Shown here piece after piece: positions 1 through 9,418 of a stretch of 64,000 bases of DNA (its first letter is position 1; each line of letters begins with the position of its first letter). Location of the stretch: NCBI GenBank assembly GCA_963800795.1, contig CAWDCJ010000004.1, forward strand, positions 21,742 to 85,741, written 5' to 3'. Under the pieces are notes generated by a model, which ran no database searches, was not told the origin of the DNA, and saw only the letters and a list, made by a program, of their open reading frames with translations. Source of the stretch: an uncultured Chloroflexia bacterium (GTDB lineage: Bacteria > Chloroflexota > Limnocylindria > Limnocylindrales > CSP1-4). The position numbers and the translations under genes were made by a program.

Positions 1-321
1 GTTGTACTGGTCGAGGAGCGCCTGGACCTCGTGGACGCCGTCCATGACGTTGCCCTTGACGTCCTTGGCCGGGTCGAGCTGCGGCTCCTGGCTGAGGAAG
101 CCGACGGTGAAGCGCGGGGTCAGGCGTGCCTCGCCGGTGAACCCGTCGTCGAGGCCGGCCATGATCCGCAGCAGGCTCGACTTCCCCGCCCCGTTCGGGC
201 CGATGACCCCGATCTTGGCGCCCGGGAAGAACGAGATCGAGATGTCCTCGAGGACCGTCCGATCAGGCGGGTAGTGGCGGGCAAGCTTGTAGGTGCTGTA
301 GATGAATTCCGCTGGCATGGC
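1..321 (-). CDS. ettA: ABC-F ATPase EttA-like (energy-dependent translational throttle), N-terminal part; gene runs off window start
   Basis: Minus-strand translation from ATG 319-321 gives MPAEFIYSTYKLARHYPPDRTVLEDISISFFPGAKIGVIGPNGAGKSSLLRIMAGLDD..., matching the EttA N-terminus and Walker A GPNGAGKS. Not in ORF track because it is truncated by the window edge. Confidence 0.8.
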
Positions 322-388
322 CGCGCAAGCGTACCGGGCCGGAGCGACGCGTGGCGGCGCGCTTCCTTTGCCCTCTTGACGTTGCTGT

Positions 389-410
389 GATACAACCGTA
401 TGGTTGTATC
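389..410. promoter_or_regulatory. Inverted repeat GATACAACC-gtat-GGTTGTATC overlapping arsR start codon; candidate ArsR/SmtB autoregulatory operator
   Basis: Perfect 9-bp arms with 4-bp spacer read directly at 389-410. ATG of the ArsR-like gene is at 400 (alternative ATG at 412). ArsR/SmtB regulators typically bind imperfect 12-2-12-type inverted repeats at their own promoters. Confidence 0.45.
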
Positions 411-747
411 TATGGAGCACGACCTCAACGCGGACCGCCTCTTTGCCGCCCTGGCCGATGCCACCAGGCGCGACATCGTCCTGCGGGCACTCGCGGGCCG
501 CGAAGGCATCGCCGAGCTGGCCGGGCACTACCCGATGAGTTTCGCGGCGGTGCAGAAGCACGTCGCCGTGCTCGAGCGCGCCGGCCTCGTCACCAAGGAG
601 CGCATGGGCCGCCGCAAGGTGGTGCGCACCAACGTGGAGGCGCTCCAGCTGGCTCGAGGCCTTCTCGATCAGTACGAAGCGCTGTGGCGCGGCCGCGTCG
701 AGCGGATGACCAATCTCATCACCAGCACCGAGGGGGACGACAGATGA
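400..747 (+). CDS. ArsR/SmtB family transcriptional regulator
   Basis: 115 aa. The stretch LFAALADATRRDIVLRAL...AELAGHYPMSFAAVQKHVAVLERAGLV is the winged-HTH signature of the ArsR family. Stop overlaps the next start (ATGA at 744-747). Confidence 0.8.
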   Translation: MVVSMEHDLNADRLFAALADATRRDIVLRALAGREGIAELAGHYPMSFAAVQKHVAVLERAGLVTKERMGRRKVVRTNVEALQLARGLLDQYEALWRGRVERMTNLITSTEGDDR

Positions 748-1244
748 CTGTTACCGCTGTCCGGAAGGATCCGGCCGCCCTGGCCATGACGCTGACCGCC
801 GAGCTTGATGCGTCGCCGACGCGCGTCTGGCAGCTGTGGGCCGATCCGCGCCAGCTCGAGCGCTGGTGGGGTCCGCCCATGTATCCGGCGACCTTCACGG
901 CCCACGCCCTGGCTCCCGGCAGCCGAAGCGAGTACCACATGACCGGGCCGGGTGGCGACCAGCCGCGCGGCTTCTGGGACATCCTCGAGGCCGACCCACC
1001 TCGTCGACTCGCCTACCGCCATGGGTTCGCGCACGACGACGGGACGCCGAACCCGGACCTCCCCGGCATGACCGCCGTCGTGACGATCGAGGCGATCGAT
1101 GCCGCGCGAACGCGGATGTCGATCATGAGCAGCTTCCCGAGCGCGGAGGCGATGGAACGCCTTCTGGCCATGGGCATGGAGGAGGGCCTCACGCAGGCGG
1201 TCGGCCAGATCGACGGCATCCTCGCGGAAGGAGTCGCGGCATGA
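744..1244 (+). CDS. SRPBCC/AHSA1 (activator of Hsp90 ATPase homolog)-like domain protein
   Basis: MTVTAVRKDPAALAMTLTAELDASPTRVWQLWADPRQLERWWGP... is the typical AHSA1/SRPBCC fold signature (the W..W..P..ERWWGP motif). Translationally coupled to arsR, a common arsR-SRPBCC pair. High GC3. Confidence 0.7.
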   Translation: MTVTAVRKDPAALAMTLTAELDASPTRVWQLWADPRQLERWWGPPMYPATFTAHALAPGSRSEYHMTGPGGDQPRGFWDILEADPPRRLAYRHGFAHDDGTPNPDLPGMTAVVTIEAIDAARTRMSIMSSFPSAEAMERLLAMGMEEGLTQAVGQIDGILAEGVAA

Positions 1245-1335
1245 CCACGATGACCGAACCGGCGCCCCATCCCCTGGACGTTCGACGCCGACCGGCCCTC
1301 GCCTGATCAACCCTTGACGCGTGTTCGCGCCCGGG

Positions 1336-1740
1336 CTACCCCGCGATGACGCTGTCCACGCGGATGACCGGCGGCTGCTCGAAGTGCTTCTTGACCGCGC
1401 ACTGCTCGGCCGCGCGAACGACCGCGTCGGCGTACTTGTCGGGAAACCCCTTCGGCAGCTCGATCGTGACCTGGATGTCGCTCACCAGGTGGGTCGCCGG
1501 GTTGGTCCGCATCCGCTGGACGAGGCGAATGCCCTCCGTCGAGATCCCCCGCTGTCGGCAGAAGCCCAGCACGTAGATGCCCGCGCACGTCCCGATCGTG
1601 GAGAGGAACGTGGCGAACGGCGTCGGGGCCGAGCTGTCGCCACCGCCCGACGAGGGCTGGTCGGTGGGAACCACGAAGCCCCCGAAATGCGCGTCCACAC
1701 GCGCGCCTCCGGGGAAATCGATTGTCATCTCCATGGAACG
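1336..1740 (-). CDS. OsmC/Ohr family peroxiredoxin-like protein
   Basis: MEMTIDFPGGARVDAHFGGFVVPTDQP...PTPFATFLSTIGTCAGIYVLGFCRQRGI...VTIELP matches the OsmC family, including the two cysteines. The listed ORF extends further upstream, but the conserved protein begins at MEMT. Confidence 0.8.
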   Translation of the reverse strand, partial: RSMEMTIDFPGGARVDAHFGGFVVPTDQPSSGGGDSSAPTPFATFLSTIGTCAGIYVLGFCRQRGISTEGIRLVQRMRTNPATHLVSDIQVTIELPKGFPDKYADAVVRAAEQCAVKKHFEQPPVIRVDSVIAG

Positions 1741-1828
1741 AGACCTCTTCCTGCCGGCGTGATGCGTCGAACCCCGGATGGCACCGGCATGCTCACGACC
1801 GTTGACGCGCAGTCCAAGAATACCCCGT

Positions 1829-1848
1829 ACTTGCGTAGTTGCGCAAGT
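1829..1848. promoter_or_regulatory. Inverted repeat ACTTGCG-tagttg-CGCAAGT (contains palindrome TTGCGCAA) in divergent osmC / 1937(+) intergenic region; TTGACG -35-like hexamer at 1802-1807
   Basis: Read directly from sequence. Sits between two divergently transcribed genes, a typical place for an operator. Confidence 0.3.
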
Positions 1849-1936
1849 CTGCATCAACGCGCCTGCGGGGGCGAGAGGATACGATCCCGGCTGTGAACGT
1901 GGTTGGACTCCTGCCGGTCGGCGACCCGCCAACGCC

Positions 1937-2530
1937 ATGACGACGAGGCGCGTGGCCTGGCGGCGTTCCGACGAGGTGCCGGTCGACGAGCTGTGCACGC
2001 TGACGCTCCGCGACGGCGGGCTCTCGCTCGTGGGCACGGTCCTGGGCGCCGAAGGCGGTTTGCCCGTCCGGATCGAGTACCAGGTCATGGCCGACGGCGC
2101 CGGCATGACGACCGCGGTTCACGTTCGCGACCTGCGCGGGTTCCTGGCGCGGACGATCGCCCTGGAGCGCGATGCGAAGGGCGGCTGGACCGTGGACGGC
2201 AAGCCCGCGCCGTTGCTCAGGCGGTGCACCGACGTCGACCTTGGCTGCAGCCCGTCCACGAACACGCTCCCGATCCGCCGTCTCCGGCTCGGCATCGGCG
2301 CGTCGCACACGATCCAGGCGGCGTGGGTCCGGTTCCCCGAGCTCACGGTGGTCAGGGCTGCCCAGACCTACACCCGCCTCGACGAGCTCACGTATGGCTA
2401 TGCGAGCGGCGACTTCCAGGCCCAGCTGACCGTGGACGACGACGGCCTCGTGACGACGTACGCGGCCTGGCAACGGACCGGGGTCGCCATGGGTCCCGAC
2501 GACACGGAGCCGCTCGACTCGCACCGCTAG
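1937..2530 (+). CDS. Conserved hypothetical protein (~197 aa), possibly of the putative glycolipid-binding family
   Basis: ATG at 1937 (MTTRRVAWRRSDEVPVDEL...). High GC3. Family assignment is from memory of PF06475-like proteins and is weak. Confidence 0.45.
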   Translation: MTTRRVAWRRSDEVPVDELCTLTLRDGGLSLVGTVLGAEGGLPVRIEYQVMADGAGMTTAVHVRDLRGFLARTIALERDAKGGWTVDGKPAPLLRRCTDVDLGCSPSTNTLPIRRLRLGIGASHTIQAAWVRFPELTVVRAAQTYTRLDELTYGYASGDFQAQLTVDDDGLVTTYAAWQRTGVAMGPDDTEPLDSHR

Positions 2531-2566
2531 CCATCGAGCGTCGTCCTCTCCCCCGTCGCGGAGGCT

Positions 2567-3128
2567 TCAGGCCGTGCCGCCGAAGTCGACGTCTCCGGTC
2601 TTCACCGTCCCGGCCGTCCGGCCCGGCGCCGTCTGGTAGGTCCAGTACAGGTTCGTATGCGCGATGACCCCGTCCGGGGGCGGCGCCCCCCAGGCCGTCT
2701 GGTCCTCGGTGGTGTGGGCGTCGCTGACGAGGGTCGCGTCGTACCCCCTGACGAACGCGCCGTGGAGCGTCGAGCGGACGCACGCATCGGTCTGGGCGCC
2801 GACGACGACGAGTCGCCCGACTCCGAGGCCCGCCAGCACGGTCTCCAGGGTGGTCTCCTCGAAGGAGTCGCCGTAGTGCTTCTCGACGAGCGGCTCGGCG
2901 TCGCCCGGAGCCAGCTCGGGGACGATCCGCCAGTCGTCGCTCCCCCGGGCGAGCCCATCGTCGGAGTGCTGGACCCAGACAACCGGGACCCGTTCCCGCC
3001 GCGCCTTCTCGACGAGACTGCCGACGTTCGCGACGACCGCGATCGCGCTCGTATGCGCCCGCAACGACGCCGTTCTGCACGTCGATGACAAGGAGCGCGG
3101 TGTTCGGCCGGTTCTCGAGTGTCGTCAT
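2567..3128 (-). CDS. Isochorismatase-family cysteine hydrolase, interrupted by a 1-bp frameshift (sequencing error or pseudogene)
   Basis: N-terminus MTTLENRPNTALLVIDVQNGVVAGAYERD is in the frame of ORF 2388..3128. It continues as AVVANVGSLVEKARRERVPVVWVQHSDD...VVVGAQTDACVRST in the frame of ORF 2567..3091. The junction near 3038-3043 reads gat-c-gcg gtc, i.e. one extra base. Confidence 0.7.
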
Positions 3129-3310
3129 CGTCTCCCCCTTCGCGCGTGGCCCCTGCGTCCGCCAACGATAGCCCCACCGACCGACGGCGGCGCGCGCCGA
3201 CCTGCCGACGATCGGCGCCAGGCTCCCTTCACCTGGCCGAGGCCCGACCGAGTCGACATCGGCGGAGTCTGGGAAGATCCGCGCGTGAGAATCCCTCCCA
3301 TGGTCCCAGG

Positions 3311-4240
3311 ATGACCCGGCGCGGCCTCGTCCTGTTCGGACTGATGTCGGTCATCTGGGGCATCCCCTACTTCTTCATCCGGATCGCGGTCGCGGAGGTC
3401 ACGCCGGCCACGCTCGTCTTCGGCCGGACCGCGATCGCGGCCATGATCCTGCTGCCGGTCGCGATCGTGCGGGTCGACCTGCGGCCGGTCGTCCGGCGCT
3501 GGCGCTGGGTGGTCGCCTTCGCCGCCGTCGAGATCGCCGGCCCATGGGTCCTGCTGGGATCCGCGGAGCAGCACATCTCGAGCTCGCTGGCCGGGCTTCT
3601 GGTGGCGGGCGTCCCCCTCGTGGGCAGCCTGATCGCGCTCGGCACCAGGGCCACGGACCGTCTCAGCCGGGCAGGCATGCTCGGGCTGGTGGTGGGCCTG
3701 GCCGGCGTGGTTGCCATCGTCGGTGGAGATTTCGAGGCCTCGGACGCGACCGCGCTGCTCGCGGTTGGGGTCGTCGTGGTGGGCTACGCCCTCGGGCCCG
3801 CGATCCTGTCGCGCCGCCTGGCGGGCCTGCCTTCGCTCGGCGTGATGGCGCTCTCGCTGGCACTGTGCGCGGTCGTCTACGCGCCGATTGCCGCCGCCCA
3901 ATGGCCGCCGGTTGCGCCTTCGACGAACGCGCTCGCCGCCATCGTCACGTTGGCGTCCGTGTGCACCGCCGCGGCATTCCTCGTCTTCGCGGCGCTGGTC
4001 GCCGAGGTCGGCCCGATCCGCGCCACGGTGATCACCTACGTCAACCCGGCGATCGCGGCGCTGCTGGGCGTCTTCGTCCTCCAGGAGACGTTCACCGCTT
4101 CGATGGCCCTCGGCTTCGGGCTCGTGATCGCGGGCTCGGCGCTGGCGACGCGATCGCCGAGCGCCGGCCTGGAGCCGGGCGCGGGTTCCGTGCGGCCTCC
4201 CCGTCCCGCCGTGCCGAGGTCTGACGAGCCGGCGGTCTAG
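3311..4240 (+). CDS. DMT superfamily (EamA-like) transporter
   Basis: ATG at 3311 (MTRRGLVLFGLMSVIWGIPYFFIRIAVAEV...). About 10 predicted TM helices in two EamA repeats. The upstream part of ORF 3119..4240 is not conserved. Confidence 0.85.
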   Translation: MTRRGLVLFGLMSVIWGIPYFFIRIAVAEVTPATLVFGRTAIAAMILLPVAIVRVDLRPVVRRWRWVVAFAAVEIAGPWVLLGSAEQHISSSLAGLLVAGVPLVGSLIALGTRATDRLSRAGMLGLVVGLAGVVAIVGGDFEASDATALLAVGVVVVGYALGPAILSRRLAGLPSLGVMALSLALCAVVYAPIAAAQWPPVAPSTNALAAIVTLASVCTAAAFLVFAALVAEVGPIRATVITYVNPAIAALLGVFVLQETFTASMALGFGLVIAGSALATRSPSAGLEPGAGSVRPPRPAVPRSDEPAV

Positions 4241-4465
4241 AGTCGGCCGGATGCGCCGGATCGACCGGTGGTGATGTGGCTGCCGTGGCGCTCCCACGGA
4301 CTGTCATGACCGTCCGTCATCGCCGAGCGCGGCGAGCCCGTCGCCGAAGGACGCGAACGACCCGCGAACCGTCGCGCGAACCGCCGCGCGCCCTCGCGGT
4401 GCTACCCTGAGGTGCCCGAGCTGCCCTTCCGCGTGTTCGAGGCCCGCTCAGGATCGGATTGCACC

Positions 4466-4756
4466 ATGGCTCGCACCAAGTTCGTCACGCCCGAAGCGCT
4501 GATTGTCATCTCCACCGATGGCTACTTCGACGTGTTCCCGTTGGGGGCACGGGTCCCCAACGCCAGGCCTGCCTACCGGGGAACGGTCGATCTCCTCGAT
4601 CGCGAAGTCCGCGCCGGGGATCGGCTGACCGTCCGGCCCGACTCCATCGCCCTGCGCGTGGCGGTGGCCTCGTGGTCAGCAGAGCACGGCGCCGCCGCCG
4701 TCCGCGGCGAGATGGGGGGAGGCCGCAACGGCAAGCAGGTCACCCCGGCAGCCTGA
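4466..4756 (+). CDS. Hypothetical protein (96 aa)
   Basis: ATG 4466 (MARTKFVTPEALIVISTDGYFDVFPLG...). Strong GC3 bias supports coding. No family recognised. Confidence 0.4.
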   Translation: MARTKFVTPEALIVISTDGYFDVFPLGARVPNARPAYRGTVDLLDREVRAGDRLTVRPDSIALRVAVASWSAEHGAAAVRGEMGGGRNGKQVTPAA

Positions 4757-4847
4757 GCGCGACCGCGGTGGCTGAGGACGCGGCCCTCCGCACGGCGCGG
4801 CGATCGACGACCGTGCCCGCCTCGAGGCTGCGCTCGCCGGGCTGGGC

Positions 4848-5291
4848 GTGGCCTACGAGCTGTTCGCATGCGACCCCACGCTCGCGGACACGGCGGCGTT
4901 CTGCTCGGCCTACGGCTTCGATCCTGCTGATTCGGCCAACACGATCCTCGTGGCCGGCAAGGCCGAGCCGCGCCGGTACGCGGCGTGCGTGGTGCTGGCA
5001 CCCTGTCGGCTGGCCGTGAACCGGACCGTTCGGACGCTGCTCGGTACGCGGAAGGCTTCCTTCGCGGCCCCCGAAGAGGCCCGCGCCGTGACGGGCATGG
5101 AGATCGGCGGGGTCACGCCGTTCGGGCTGCCCGGCGGGCTGCCGATCTGGATCGACGCTGCAGTCATGGCACGCTCCCGGATCGTGCTCGGCGGAGGCAG
5201 CCGGCGCTGGAAGGTCATCGCCCCGCCGGCGATCCTGCTGGCGCTCCCGGGCGCGGAAGTCGTGCCGGGCCTCGCCGACAGCCCGGACTAG
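4848..5291 (+). CDS. YbaK/ProX-like aminoacyl-tRNA deacylase domain protein
   Basis: TGMEIGGVTPFGLPGGLPIWIDAAV...IVLGGG is the signature of YbaK/ProX editing domains. The frame is open back to 4776 (...DRARLEAALAGLGVAYELF) with no ATG. GTG 4848 is the listed start, so the start is uncertain. Confidence 0.6.
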   Translation: MAYELFACDPTLADTAAFCSAYGFDPADSANTILVAGKAEPRRYAACVVLAPCRLAVNRTVRTLLGTRKASFAAPEEARAVTGMEIGGVTPFGLPGGLPIWIDAAVMARSRIVLGGGSRRWKVIAPPAILLALPGAEVVPGLADSPD

Positions 5292-5334
5292 GCCACAAGG
5301 CGATCGCGGGCGAGTCGCCGCGGCCCTGTCCGCC

Positions 5335-5732
5335 CTACGCGCCGCCGTCGTGTGCTCGGGCGGCCAGCCACGGAGCCGCCAGGCCGGCGCGGCGCTCCGA
5401 CGTGAGGAGATCCGCGGCGTGGACCGCCATGACCGCCCCTTCGATCACCTCGAGCGCGGCCTCGCCACCGGCCCGGTCGTCGGGCACGAGGTCATCGGAC
5501 TCCTCCACCACCGCGCCGAGCAGCGGGATCCGGTCCAGGAGCGGCCCAAGGACGTGCGTGAGATCACCGCGCCCATGCTCCGCGAGCACCATGTCGGCGA
5601 GCCGCAGCTCATCCCGGAGGCCGGGGTCCACGCAGCAGCGAGACGGGGCAGGTCGGCGATGGTCAGCGCATCCAGGGCGGCGGCCAGGCGGACGCGCGGA
5701 TCGTCATCCGCAGGAGTGGTCGGGTTCTGCAT
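5335..5732 (-). CDS. Hypothetical acidic protein, apparently split by a frameshift
   Basis: ATG 5730-5732 (MQNPTTPADDDPRVRLAAALDALTIADLPRLAAA) runs in one frame. The downstream 98-aa ORF 5335..5631 (DELRLADMVLAEHGRGDLTHVLGPLLDRIPLLGAVVEE...) is in the -1 frame with equally strong GC3. Junction near 5630-5640. Confidence 0.35.
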
Positions 5733-5757
5733 CGGTTGAGCCTACGCGCGCGCGGGA

Positions 5758-7341
5758 TCATCCCGCCGCCCGGCCACGGAGATGATCGAGCAGCCGGTCG
5801 GCAATGACGTACGAGCGCCCACCGCCCATCACGAGGACAACGTCGCCGCGCTGCACGCGCGGGGCCAGCCAATCGGCCGTCGCTTCCACGGATCCCGGAG
5901 CCGCGGCCGGTGCCCGCCCCCGTGCGTTCACCGCGTCCGCGAGCGCCTGGGACGACGTGATCGTGGTGTCCGGATCGCGCCCGGCATGGATATCGGCGAT
6001 CGCCACGCGGTCCGCACTCGCCAGGACGTCGGCGAAACCTTCGAGCATCGCCGCCGTTCGGTGGTAGGTCAGTGGCTCGTACACCGCCCAGAGCCGGCGG
6101 TCCGGATAGCGGGACGCCACGGCAGCGAAGGTCACCGCCATCGCGGTTGGGTGGTGGCCGTAGTCATCGAGGACGACCACGCCGTCGACCTCACCCTTGA
6201 GCTCAAGGCGGCGCCCGACGCCCGGGAACGTCGCCAGGCTGGCCAGGATGGCGCCGACGTCCGCCCCGGCGACGAGCGCGGCCCCGGCCGCCGCGAGCCC
6301 GTTCTCGGCGTTGTGCCGTCCGGCCAGGCCGACCCGTGCGCTGACCACACCCGAGGCGGTGAGTCCCACGATCGAGAGGCTCCCCTCCCCTGACGGGCTC
6401 GTCCGCCAGCTGCCGACGATCGCCGTGGCCGCGCCGCGGCCCGTCGCATGCGCCCGCGCGAGGGCGGCCACGGCCGCGGCGGGATCCTCGTCCTGGCTCA
6501 CGACCTGTACGGCGACCAGCCTGCCGGGCCAGTCTCGAAGCGCGGCGAGCACCTCTCGGACGCCCGCGTCGCCGGCGTTGGCGATGAGGACGGGATCCAC
6601 GCCGCCTCCGTCGAAGGCGGAGATCCAGGCCACGAACGCCGCAACCACCGCTGCGCGGTCGGGAAACACGTCGGGGTGGTCCCAGTCTGCGTTCGTCAGC
6701 ACGCCGATCGCCGGTCGATAGGGATCGAAGTTGCCCGCGTACTCGTCCGCCTCCACCACGAACCGGCGTCCGCCCCCGAGGCGCACGGTTGACGGTCGCG
6801 GGCCCCCGGCGAGCGACGCGGGAAGCAGGGCGCCCACGAAGCCGGATGGATCGAGACCGGCGGCCGTGAGCAGGTGAATCAGCCATCCGGTCGTGGTCGA
6901 CTTCCCGTGCGTCCCGGCCACGGCGATGAGCGACGCGGCGCGCGTCGCCGCGGCATCCGCGATCAGCTGCTGGACACTGGTCAGGGGGACGCCCAGCTCG
7001 CGGGCCCGCCGCAGCTCGGGGTGGTCGGGATGGACGGAGGTGAGCGCCTTCGTGACCGCCAGCCGGTCGACGAGCCTGGACCCGTCGCGGGCGACGTGCG
7101 CAGGGTCGTGACGCCATTCCAGTGGGATCCCCGCGTCCTCGAGCGGCGGCGTGTAGGACGACGGCCCGCCCGCATCACACCCGGACGCGCGCGCCCCGAC
7201 CGCGTGCCCCAGGAAGCACGCCGCCGCGCCGGCCGCGCCCCCTGCGCCCACGACGTGAATCCGCTCCCCCGCCGGGATCGGCCGGGCCTCCCGCGCGGGC
7301 TCCAGGCCGGCGCCGATATCCGCGGCGTCCCGGTGGGTCAC
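5758..7341 (-). CDS. Mur ligase family protein, MurC/Mpl-like (UDP-N-acetylmuramate--L-alanine ligase paralog)
   Basis: [29 protein letters not shown] (MurC-type N-domain), [15 protein letters not shown] (P-loop), [30 protein letters not shown] start 7339-7341 overlaps the stop of the upstream ThDP enzyme (GTGA). It is not in a dcw cluster, so probably Mpl-like. Confidence 0.8.
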   Translation of the reverse strand: MTHRDAADIGAGLEPAREARPIPAGERIHVVGAGGAAGAAACFLGHAVGARASGCDAGGPSSYTPPLEDAGIPLEWRHDPAHVARDGSRLVDRLAVTKALTSVHPDHPELRRARELGVPLTSVQQLIADAAATRAASLIAVAGTHGKSTTTGWLIHLLTAAGLDPSGFVGALLPASLAGGPRPSTVRLGGGRRFVVEADEYAGNFDPYRPAIGVLTNADWDHPDVFPDRAAVVAAFVAWISAFDGGGVDPVLIANAGDAGVREVLAALRDWPGRLVAVQVVSQDEDPAAAVAALARAHATGRGAATAIVGSWRTSPSGEGSLSIVGLTASGVVSARVGLAGRHNAENGLAAAGAALVAGADVGAILASLATFPGVGRRLELKGEVDGVVVLDDYGHHPTAMAVTFAAVASRYPDRRLWAVYEPLTYHRTAAMLEGFADVLASADRVAIADIHAGRDPDTTITSSQALADAVNARGRAPAAAPGSVEATADWLAPRVQRGDVVLVMGGGRSYVIADRLLDHLRGRAAG

Positions 7342-9406
7342 GGTTGCTCGGGGATCGCCGGCTCGGGCTCCGACTCAGCCGCCGCTTCGGGCGCGGGTTC
7401 CGCCGCTGACTCAGCCGCAGCTTCGGCCTCGGGTTCCGCCGCTGACTCAGCCGCAGCTTCGGCCTCGGGTTCCGCCGCGGGTTCCGCCGCTGACTCGGGC
7501 TCGGCCTCGGGCTCCGGCGCGGGCTCGGCCTCGGCCTCGGGCTCCGGCGCGGGCTCGGCCTCGGGCTCGGGCTCCACCGCCGACTCGGGCTCCGGCTCGG
7601 GCTCGGGCGCGGGCTCCGCTGCCGACTCGGGCTCGGCCTCGGGCGCGGGCTCCGTGGTCGGCCCCGACTCGAGTTCCGGAGGAGACTCGGGCTCGAGCCC
7701 CGGAGCCGCGCTGGCGTCGCTCTCGGAGACCGCATCACCGATCCGGTCCACGGACACCCAGCGCCGATCGACGACCAGGTGGAGGACGGTCGGACGTGAC
7801 GCCGCCAGGGCCGCCCGGAGCGCGGGCTCGAACGCGTCGTCGCGGTCCACCCTGACGCCGACCGCGCCATACCCTTCCCCGACCCGCACCCAGTCGACGG
7901 GGCCAAGGTCGGTTGCCACGGGCGCGAGGCCGCGCTGGACCTGGTGGTCATGGATCGTGCCGTAGCGCTGGTTGTCGAACACCAGCACCACCGGGTGGAC
8001 GCCGCTGCGGACCGCTGTCTCCAGCTCGGCAATCGACATCCCGGCCCCGCCATCACCAACCAGGGCCACGACCGGCCTCCCCGGGCCGGCGAGCGACGCT
8101 GCCACCGCGGCCGGGATAGCGAACCCCATCGCCCCGGCCGTCGTGCCGAGGAACGTACCCGGCCGGCGCAGGACGAGGCCCCGAGCAGCCCAGCCGCCGA
8201 AGTTGCCGGCATCCGTCGAGATGATCGTGTCCGGCGACAGGACGCGGTTCAGCGTCGCGATGACCCGGCCCGGGTGCACGCCCTCGCCGTCCCAGTCGTC
8301 GCGATCGACGCGGCGGGCGTCCTCGTAGGCAGCCCGGTCTCGCGCGGTGGCGGCGCGCCGCCGCTCCAGGCCGGCGAAGTCGAGGACCCCGGTGGCGAGG
8401 ATCCGGCGCGCGTCGCGCAGGAAGGTCCGCGCGTCGGACGCCAGGGCGAGGGTGGGTCCCGTGAGCCCGGGGCGCGTCCCCAGCGGCTCCACGTCCACGT
8501 GGGCCCAGCGGGTCCCCGGCGCTGGGATGGCATGCTCGTACGTCGCGATCTCGTTGAGGCGGCTGCCGATGACGAGGATCGCGTCCGCATCCTCCAGGCG
8601 CGACCGGACCGACGGCGCGGCGAAGTACCCGGTCATGCCCAGGTAGTGGGGATTGTCGTTGGGAAAGACGTCCGGACGGCGCCATGTCGCGATCACGGGC
8701 ACGTCGATGAGCGCCGACAGAGCGGACGAGGTCCGCCGTCGCGCGCGAACGCAGCACGCCGCCGCCGGCGAGGATCACGGGGCGTTCAGCGTCGAGCAGC
8801 AGGTGCAGGATGCGGCGGACATGAACCGGATCCGGCGGGGTCCGTGACGGACCGGGCAGCGGGCCGGGAGCCGCGGAGACGGGTGCGGCATCCACCTCCT
8901 CGTCGAGCAGGTCCTCCGGCAGCGAAAGCAGGACCGGGCCGGGTCGCCCGGCCGTCGCCCGCCTGAGCGCCTCGTCGATGGCCGCTGGCAGCGCGGCAAC
9001 GTCGCGGACCTCGCGCGCCCAGCGGCAGAACCCGCCCACGGTCGCCGCCAGGTCGGCCTCCTGGAACCCCTCCCGACCCCGGGACGCGCGCTTCACCTGG
9101 CCGACCAGGGCGATCACGGGAAGCGAGTCCGCGTAGGCCAGCGTGCAGCCCGATGGCCAGGTTCGCAGCGCCCACGGCCCGCGTCCCGAGGACAACGGCT
9201 GGACGGCCGCTGAGCGCGGCAGACGCCGCCGCCATGTACGCGGCGCCGCCCTCGTGACGGGTCGCGATGACCTGGATCCCGGCCCCGGCAAGACCGTCGA
9301 GGAGGGCGAGGAAGCTCTCGCCCGGCACGGTGTACGCGACGCGCACTCCGGCCGCGGCGAGGGCGTCGGCGATGAGGCGGCCGGCCGTTCGCGGTGTCCC
9401 GGTCAC
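7338..9406 (-). CDS. Thiamine-diphosphate-dependent enzyme (acetolactate-synthase-like large-subunit family) with ~150-aa acidic PE/AE-repeat C-terminal tail; two apparent 1-bp frameshifts
   Basis: N-terminal domain [29 protein letters not shown]...[44 protein letters not shown] is in frame 8786..9406. It continues [15 protein letters not shown]...[10 protein letters not shown] in frame 8053..9291 (shift near 9136-9142). It then continues [26 protein letters not shown]...[16 protein letters not shown]...LHLVVD in frame 7338..8702 (shift near 8716-8722). The tail is [22 protein letters not shown]... Confidence 0.75.
7345..7700. repeat. Degenerate tandem repeat (36-bp unit gctgactcagccgcagcttcggcctcgggttccgcc exact x2 at 7405-7476, degenerate copies around) encoding the acidic PE/AE tail
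   Basis: Direct reading of 7381-7700 shows the 36-bp unit at 7405-7440 and again at 7441-7476, flanked by related ggctcgggctccggcgcgggctcggcctc units. Confidence 0.7.
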
Positions 9407-9418
9407 AGGCGTCCCTTT

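Noticed and set aside
1778-1936. Upstream 53 codons of ORF 1778..2530
   Set aside because: Overlaps the osmC promoter region with poor codon bias. The conserved protein begins at ATG 1937.
4303-4325. Palindrome GTCATGAC / atgaccgtccgtcat region upstream of hypothetical gene 4466
   Set aside because: Short 8-bp palindrome in GC-rich DNA. Too weak to call an operator without a partner regulator.
7338-7700. Possible CRISPR array or IS because of direct repeats
   Set aside because: Repeats are contiguous 36-bp coding units with no spacers. They encode an in-frame acidic peptide repeat. No cas genes or terminal inverted repeats nearby.
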